DNA of 64,000 nucleotides from Macrostomum lignano (Eukaryota): contig NIVC01002394.1 in the NCBI GenBank assembly GCA_002269645.1, positions 114,523 to 178,522 on the forward strand, read 5' to 3'. The notes under the pieces were generated by a model, which saw only the letters and a program-made list of their open reading frames with translations, was not told where the DNA came from and did no database searches. Below are positions 56,156-64,000 of the stretch, in pieces; the stretch's first letter is position 1; every line of letters starts with the position of its first letter. Both the position numbers and the translations under genes were made by a program.

Positions 56156-59100
56156 TCAGGCCGCCAGCTCGATAGACTGCACTGGGCAGGTCTTGCAGTC
56201 AATTAGACCGGCGCCTGTGTCCAATGCGGCCTCGGGCACGCCTGAGCCAGTTAGGAAGGCCACACAGGACTCAGTGTCCGGAAAGCCCAATTCGGACTCA
56301 ACGTAGGAAATTGGTACCGTTGGCCGGTATCTGAGACAGGGGAGAGACGCGGTTGATTGATCGGTAAATAAAACGAATAATTAACAAGATAATTTAGCAA
56401 TAGAATTTTTAATTTGTTTAAATTCACTTTTTTAATGATAATAGAAAAAAATCAAGAATCCAAAATTCTGGCAGACATCCGTCGATGGAAATGCCGAACT
56501 TGGAGGTCGAATAGGAGACTTACTCTCTCTCTCTCGGCCTGTCTCTGGTGGAGGCGCCGCCTTTTCCGGGATCATTTCTTAACTGAAATTGGGCTTCAAT
56601 TAACAAACAAACGCACACGATTCCAAGCATAAAAATTAACAGATCTCTCCCGACGAAAAGAAAACTGCCCCCAACAATGAAACTTGTTTTTGTTTGAACT
56701 CTTGCATTGCCCGAGCAGCGAGTTTTAATCCTGTGTTTGGGCAAAACGGTTGGCGCTACTTACGACTTAATAATCGCCTTCAAGGCCAGGACGCGTTCCC
56801 TATCCAAAAACCAGTTCACAATGTGCCCACAATAGCCTGGCGCTGTGGTGTAAAGCTTAAAAAATGTGTGATAATTGTTAAGCGACCAAGCCGTGCGCAG
56901 CTTGAGGGCAAACTTAATGCACGGGTGACCCTTGCACTCGGCTGTTAGGCGGCCAATTGTTGTTGTGAGGTCTGCAACGGTTCGGGCGGAGGAGTGTGGC
57001 GCTTAGCAATCATAGCATCAGTTTGCGGCCTCTGGTCTGCTTTTAGGGGCGATTCTGGGTGGCTTAGGGGCGATTCTGGGGCGGCTTAGGGGAGATTCTG
57101 GTCTGCTTTTAGGGGCGATTCTGAGCGGCTTAGGGGAGATTCTGGTCTGCTTTTAGGGGTGATTCTGGTCTGCTTTTAGGGGAGATTCTGGTCTGCTTTT
57201 AGGGGCGATTCTGGGGCGGCTTAGGGGAGATTCTGGTCTGCTTTTAGGGGCGATTCTGGGGCGGCTTAGGGAAGATTCTGGTCTGCTTTTAGGGGCGATT
57301 CTGGGGCGGCTTAGGGAAGATTCTGGTCTGCTTTTAGGGGCGATTCTGGGGCGGCTTAGGGAAGATTCTGGTCTGCTTTTAGGGGCGATTCTGAGCGGCT
57401 TAGGGGGCGATTCTGAGCGGCTTAGGGGGCGATTCTGGGGCAGCTTAGGGGCGATTCTGGGACGACTTTAGGGGCAATTTTGGGGCGACTTTAGGGACGG
57501 CTTAGGGGTGATTCTAAGGAGGGTTTAGGGGCGACATTAGGGACAGCTTAGGGGCGATTTTGGGGGCAGTTTAGGGGCGATTTTAAGAGCTTAAGACTGA
57601 TATTGGGGCGGATTTAGAGGCGATTCTAAGAGCTTAAGAGTGATACTGGGGCGGATTTAGGGGCGATTCTAAGGACTTCCGGGCGATTCTTGGGCGGCTT
57701 AGGGGCAATTCTAGAGCGGATTATCTAAATTATTCTGAAGGCGGCTCAAGGGCGATTCTTAGGGAGGACGGCGCATTTTAAGAAGTGAGCTTGGGACAGA
57801 AATTTATTAATTCTAGAAATGTCGAAAAGCCAATTTGAAGTAGATAATTCTAGAAAGTTGAAAACAGCTCGACAGTAGAACTCACGAGTAATGTCGTGCG
57901 TGGACATGAAGTACAGCATTCGATAGGCGGTGAACTCGACTCTCCGGCCTGGCACGCCCTCCTCATAGAGGGTCTTCAGTTGGGAATTGCACTGGTTGAA
58001 CTCATCCCTATCGTTGGCCTCCAGCGCCACCTCGGCGTGGGCTTCGTAGACTCGCACAGTCAGCTGGTCGCGAATGCACTGCACAGTGAGATCCTGTCGA
58101 ATAGATTTGAACTGTTCGCACACGTACAAGTAGTCGGCCGACTTATTGGCCCATTTCTCCAACACAAGGGCTAGAGCGCGCTGTAGGGTGGCGCGCGATC
58201 TTACTATCGAGGGGTCCGGCGCGCTAGTTAAGCGCAAGTATTCCTTCTCTAGCTGCGTACTAGTACCCACTATGCTCAGCCGCTTCCAGTCAATTTTATC
58301 AGCCGCATCGTCGCCCTGCCCCCTAAGGGCGCACAGCGAGTCAGATACGGACCCGGTCCACTGCCGGCTGAGCAGCCGCTGCTTCTGCTGCTGCTGCTGC
58401 TGCGACTCCTGGCCTAAGTGGTCCTTGAACCTCTGACGGCGACGGCTTAGCTTGGCCTCCGCTTCCGGGCTAAAGCCAGCTGCGGGACCGCCGCCGCCTC
58501 GTCCTCCGCGGCCGCCGCGACCTCCGCGACCTTTGCCGCGACCGCGTCCTGCCGACTGCTGGCTGGCCAGCCCGGCCTCAACACTGCTGTCGTCCTCGCC
58601 GACGCTTTCGTTGCTGTTGCCGAAGCGGCCTCGGCCAAGTCGGCCGGCTAAGCCGCGACGGCGACCTCGGTTGAAACCGGCGGAGCCGACGGGACTGCGG
58701 CTTCGACTCCGGCTGCGGCTCCGGTCGCGCCGATACTCACCCCGACGCATGTTGCGTCGCCTCAGCATTGACGACGTGGCCGAAGCCGACGGCGAGTCGG
58801 ATGACGACGTTCTCGAGCTGGAATTATAAGACGATCGCGACCGGTGCCTGGAACGGGAACGGGATCGGCTGTTGCCGCGACGGCGCCTGCGCGGAGGCGG
58901 CGAACGGGAGCGGGAGCGGCTGCGCCGGCCGCCAGACGACGACGTTGGTGACTTCCGACGCTCCAGCATCTGCCAGGGCGGCGGCGGGCGCTCCAGCAGC
59001 TGCGTTGGCGGCGGCGGCAGGCGGCTACCGAATTGTGAAAAGCCTCTGGCCGGCTGCTGCGACTGCAACGGTGTGCCACCGCCAAAGCCGCCGCCGCCGC

Positions 59101-61647
59101 CACCACGTCCGCGACCGCGCCCGCGCGCACCACCGCCGCTGCCGCCAATCGTCGACGCTCCGTCGGCCGAACCCGCCGGCTTTGCTGGCGACCAACGGCC
59201 GGTGTAGCCGAGCTGGCGCGGCGCCTGCTGCTGGCTGAAAGCAATAATTAGTAAACAAATGAGTACCTAATTGAACTACTGTTAGTAGCATTACAGAATT
59301 TCACTGAAATTATGCTACCGAACCCGATGAAAACGGCACCTAGGCCGTGAAGCGTCCCGAAGTCTCTTATGTCGCTCTAGATGCGTTTCAATGAGATGAC
59401 GTTTTGAGCCAATGACGCGCGCCTAAAGATGAAAGATAAAGATAAATCCAAAGCGACTTACCCAGTCTGGATATTAAGAAAGTCCAGCGAAGGCAGCGGC
59501 TCCTTGTCCCAATCAATTGCGTTATCCAATTTGTGCTGCGTAACATAATTTATCTTCTGTTTCAGCAGCAATTCAATCTGATCCTTCTCAGCGTCGGTAG
59601 GAACTGATCGGAAGGCTCTGTCGACGTACCTTCTGTGAATGGCAAGTGCATTCGATTTTGTCTATTATGGCCAACGTGACTAGACAATGGGGAATGCTAT
59701 AATCGAATTTGCATCACGTGATGGGATTGCCCTAACAAGGGAGAGTTTTACTGGTATATTAATTTCCATTCAATATGACATTTCCCTTGAGCCATTATGC
59801 TCCTAAACGAACCCGATAAGGTCATATCAATATCAAGGAAATGTGGAAGAGGATACAAGGAAAAGTTGAACCAATATACCAGAAGAGGGGATGGAGAGCA
59901 TAGAGGAGAGGATGGAGAGAGCGGAGAGGAAGAGGGGATGGAGAGAGCGGAGAGGAAGAGGGGATGGAGAGAGCGGAGAGGAGGGGATGGAGAGAGCGGA
60001 GAGGAAGAGGGGATGGAGAGAGGGGGGGAAGAGGGGATGGAGAGAGGGGGGAAAGAGGGGATGGAGAGAGGGGGGAAAGAGGGGATGGAGAGAGGGGGGA
60101 AAGAGGGGATGGAGAGAGGGGGGAAAGAGGGGATGGAGAGAGGGGGGAAAGAGGGGATGGAGAGAGGGGGGGAAAGAGGGGATGGAGAGGGGGAGAGAGG
60201 GGATGGAGAGAGCGGGAAGAGGGGATAAGTAATATAGGACTCAAAAGCGCACAGCAACAAATTCACTCACTTGAAAGACAGAGGCCAGGTGTTTTGGTCG
60301 GACATGTCAATAGAATTCGAATTAGCTTGAGTCGTCGCCGTGGTTGCCGGAGGCGGCGGCGGAGAGGAGGAGAATCTCGGCAGGCGCGGAGCTCCGCCAC
60401 CGCCGCCAAAGCCGGCGCCGCGGCCGACGCGAGGCCTAGCAGGAGCGGAGAGGGCCAGAGGAGCGAAGGTGGACAGGAATTTCCCAACTGGCCCAATGCC
60501 GCCGCCAGCAGCCCCAATCGGCGGCGCCTGCCCGGCTGGAGTCCCGGTCGAAGCTGGCATCATGAGAGGGCGGACTGGGCGGGCGCGATCGGAGTTGAAC
60601 TGCATTGTCACCCGGCTGGGCTGGGTTGACGGCGGCGGCGATTCCGACGGCGGCGGTGGAGGAGGCGGCGGGGGAGGCGGTGGCGGCGGCGGCGGGGAGG
60701 CGGCGGAGGCACGTCACAAGGCGGCAGCTGGGATGGAAGGGGGCCTCCGAAACGGCCCCTGGGCTGGAGCTGGCGAGGCAGCAGTGACGACACCCAGAAT
60801 GACCTTCAGGGTGCTGAAAGGCAGAATGGAGGTCAATGCACGCCTTTTTGACAGATTAGAAAACTCCCTAGTATTCTAATCTGCTATCCTAGTATCCTAA
60901 TCCGCAATGCGAGTATCCTAATCCGCAATCCTAGTATTCTAATCTGCTATCCTAGTATCCTAATCCGCAATGCTAGTAGTATCCTAATCCGCAATGCTAA
61001 CTAGTATCCTAATCCGCAACCCTAGCATTCTAATCCGCAATGCTAGTATCCTAATCCGCAATCCTAGTATCCTAATCCGCAATCCTAGTATCCTAATCCG
61101 CAATCCTAGCATCCTAATCCACAATCCTAGTATCCTAATCCGCAATGCTAGTATCCTAATCCGCAATGCTAGTATCCTAATCCGCAATGCTAGTATCCTA
61201 ATCCGCAATCCTAGTATCCTAATCCGCAATCCTAGTATCCTAATCCGCAATCCTAGTATCCTAATCCACAATGCCAGAATCCTAATCCGCAATCCTAGCA
61301 TCCTAATCCACAATCCTAGCATCCTAATCCACAATCCTAGTATCCCAGAATCCTAGGATCCATAATACAAAATAATTCCTGGATCCAAACCCAGTTCACA
61401 GTTCCCTAATCCACAACATCTGGATGCTTATATGCAAAACCTCAATATCCTAATCCAAAGCTTATGATTATAATTCTCAATCAGCTGATTAACCTTAATT
61501 CAAAACTGATGACACAACTACTCAAAAATGGATTACCTGAGGTGGCAAGTATTCGCTCTTTTGCTGGGCAGGACTTGGTTTGTAATAGAGATTATTGTAT
61601 TCCTGCCAATCCATTTTCTTTGCATCAATGTGTCCAGGTGTAGACAT
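56156..61647 (-). CDS. LENG8: LENG8 / THP3-like SAC3-GANP-family protein, 6 exons, with a 1-nt lesion in exon 2
   Basis: Exons 61647-61537 (tentative), 60769-60271, 59632-59462, 59234-57886, 56971-56764 and 56330-56156. Motifs WPLSFK|RYVDRAF..IDWDKEPLP; IVGTSTQLEKEYLRLTSAPDP..YVCEQFKSIRQDLTVQ..EFNQCNSQL..EFTAYRMLY; LRTAWSLNNYHTFF..RER..ALKAIIKS|YRPTVP. All phases are consistent if exon 2 gains 1 nt. Confidence 0.9.
57030..57720. repeat. G-rich TTAGGGG-containing tandem repeat in LENG8 intron 4
   Basis: Recurrent TTAGGGGCGATTCTGG. Confidence 0.88.
59885..60225. repeat. Purine-rich ~22-bp repeat in LENG8 intron 2
   Basis: GAGGGGATGGAGAGA-based units. Confidence 0.88.
60878..61345. repeat. 21-bp tandem repeat in LENG8 intron 1
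   Basis: Unit TCCTAATCCGCAATCCTAGTA. Confidence 0.93.
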
Positions 61648-63639
61648 GGTATTTAATTGGTCATTGATTAATCAGCAATAAATCCATTTTATTGACCAAT
61701 TATTTAAATATTTACACAAGTATATTATTTTTTTAGTTTGCCATTTTATAATATAAATTATGAAACTGTTTTGATAGTTAAAACAGACACAGCAAATGAA
61801 TATTAGGACAATTCCACAAAATGCTATCTTCTTTAAATAAACTTTTTGCAACTATTGTCTATGTCACTATCTCTGTCATTTGGCTTTAATATTCAATGAT
61901 GTGCACCTATATTTAAATGAATTTTATAGCCTTCTATAGCCTCTAATAACTTTTTTGATAAATTATTTAATTGTATTTAAATATTTGATTGGAGTTTAAA
62001 AATAAGACCTAACTCATGACTATAAAAAATATTTGCTAAAAATATTAGTCTTAGAATTAGCTATATTTCTACTTGTTACTTTGTATAGCATTTATACAAT
62101 TCAATAGACAAAGTGACCAAAACTAAGATGAATTTTTCTCTCTTAGTAAAGGCAATAAGCAATTGCAGTGGACATATTGTTTTTTGTGCAGAATTTTTCA
62201 ATTTTTTCCTAGGAAATTTTAGTTCTAGTTTTAAACTAGCAATCAGCGCCCCCCCCTATTGAAGAGCCAACAAAGAATGGAATACAAACTTTTTAATAAA
62301 CTACACTTAGCTAATCCTTGCAATAACCTTAGCAACTCCACATGTAAGCCTTGACATCTTAGCTATTCCTATGAGCCATGACATCTCAGCAATGCCCCCA
62401 TAAGCTTCAAATCCCAAAAAATCCAATATCAGTCTTGAAGTCTCCTCCCTAATTCCCACTATTTAGCAATTCCCCCTAACCCAAACCCTAATCCTAACCC
62501 TAACTTTAAAGCCTTGATTTCTTAGTAATTCTACCCATATAAACCTTGACATTTTAATAATTCTAGAATTACAGCAATTCCCTTAGACCCTTGAAATGGT
62601 AGCAATTCCAAAAAATAATTTTTATTTGACATGATACTTCTTTTATGTCTGACAGTCTTAATTTATGTTTTACATGACTTATCTTTAAAACATTTTCAAT
62701 GTCTATATGACACTTCTTTTATTTTTTATATGATACTTCTTATAAATACACCCATTAGAGAGCCAACAAATAATGTAATATTTTTGAGTAAACTATATGT
62801 AGCTTCTAACCTAAGCAATTATTCCTAGAAAATTACCCCCTTAAACCTAGAAATTTCAGCAATTCTCCCCAAGACTACATGATACTTTTTGACATGTTTA
62901 ACATGACTATTTTTATAACACTTCTTTTTTAGATTATGCTTCTTTTATCTTTAATATGACATTACTTATTGGTCTATATGACGGCTTTTTATATGCTTTA
63001 AAAAATACTTCTTTAATTTCTTCTTTCTTTTTCTTTAAAAATTATTTAACTTTTGCAAAAAAAGCATGTTTTTGAATATTTAATCCTTTTAGCATTGAGC
63101 AATTTCTTAGCCAAGACATGTGTTGTCATGGCAAAATTTCTAATTAAATGGTACAACATTGAAGAAAATTGTTAAGCTGTTTTTTTTAATTTATCACATA
63201 TCTACCAACAAAACATTTTTAGTATATAGACTAAATTTATATGAAAAATCAAAGTATTGAAAAGGTACAAAGCTAGGCCTAATAAGGAATAATAAATAAA
63301 AATTTGCATTCTAAAAAACTATATTATAAAATACAAGCTGTTGAAACCCGCGGATTTTGAACCCAGGAAATTCTAATCACAGAACTATTTTTCCATGTAT
63401 TCTGAAATCTGAGGCCATACTCAAACAAAAACTTGTTAATAGTTAGTAGGATAGAGGTAGACATAAAATGGAGTACATTTGTGTAAAATTAGAATTTGAG
63501 GCAAACATTGATCTTGTTGGCTAGGGTGCTTTTTACTTTAAATAGGCAGTTAATGTTTGCCTGACTCTAAAAGATGTATTGGCAAACTCTGGCCTCCACC
63601 TCTGACTCTCCCTATGTCCCTTGGATCCTTTGAAAGTTT

Positions 63640-64000
63640 TATCTTCTCTTCTGTTTCCTCTCTTCTCTCTCATCTCTCCTCTCTGCTCTTTCTCCTCTCC
63701 TCTTTTCTCTTTTTCTTCTTTCCTCTCTCCCCCCTCTTCTCTAGTATCTTCCCTCATTTCTCTTCTTTTTCATCTGTCTTATCTCATCTCTTTTTCTCTT
63801 CTTTTTTCTTTCCTCTCTTCCCACTCTTCTCTCGTCTTTTCCTTCACCTCTCTTCTCTCTCGTCTTTATTTGCTCTCTGATCTCCCCTTTCTCTTCTCTC
63901 TATTCTCTTTTATCTCTTTTCATTTCTCTCTGCTTCCCCCCCTCTCTCTCTGCTTCCCCCCTCTCTTTTATCTCTCCTCTCCTATCTTTCTTCTCCTCTC
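63640..64000. repeat. CT-rich low-complexity tract
   Basis: Direct reading. Confidence 0.85.

Noticed and set aside
57746-57885. C-terminal REFYCRAVF..KNRP of the 440-aa ORF
   Set aside because: Intron read-through; homology continues in exons 56971-56764 and 56330-56156.
60340-60879. 179-aa Gly-rich plus-strand ORF
   Set aside because: Antisense to the Pro-rich LENG8 exon 2.

Overview
Eukaryotic (animal) genomic DNA. GC-rich, Gln/Ala/Pro-rich exons and introns packed with private minisatellites suggest a free-living flatworm such as Macrostomum; this is inference, not proven. Genes I could reconstruct exon by exon with phase-consistent GT-AG junctions: an LHFPL-family tetraspan gene (partial), a GM2-activator/ML-domain gene, an intronless contactin-derived C-type-lectin + 4 Ig protein, an orphan coiled-coil ORF, a frameshifted RPS3A copy lacking exon 1, noggin, MFSD13A/TMEM180, WAC and LENG8. 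All are on the minus strand except RPS3A. Mobile DNA: a piggyBac with an intact transposase ORF but only one recognisable end, a Tc1/IS630-like deletion derivative with 131-bp TIRs, a 5'-truncated RT non-LTR element with C-terminal zinc fingers, two copies of a tRNA-derived SINE-like repeat, and a possible solo LTR. Best leads: (1) a phased array of 8 hairpins with different stems but a shared TCT linker and closing T:G pair (27137-27330); (2) an intron made of ~30 tandem copies of its own 5' splice site (8045-8652); (3) a LENG8-WAC-MFSD13A co-directional cluster whose last gene has no usable ATG and could get it from a flatworm spliced leader; (4) a secreted, hemolin-like truncated contactin. 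All coordinates were read by eye; no searches were run.
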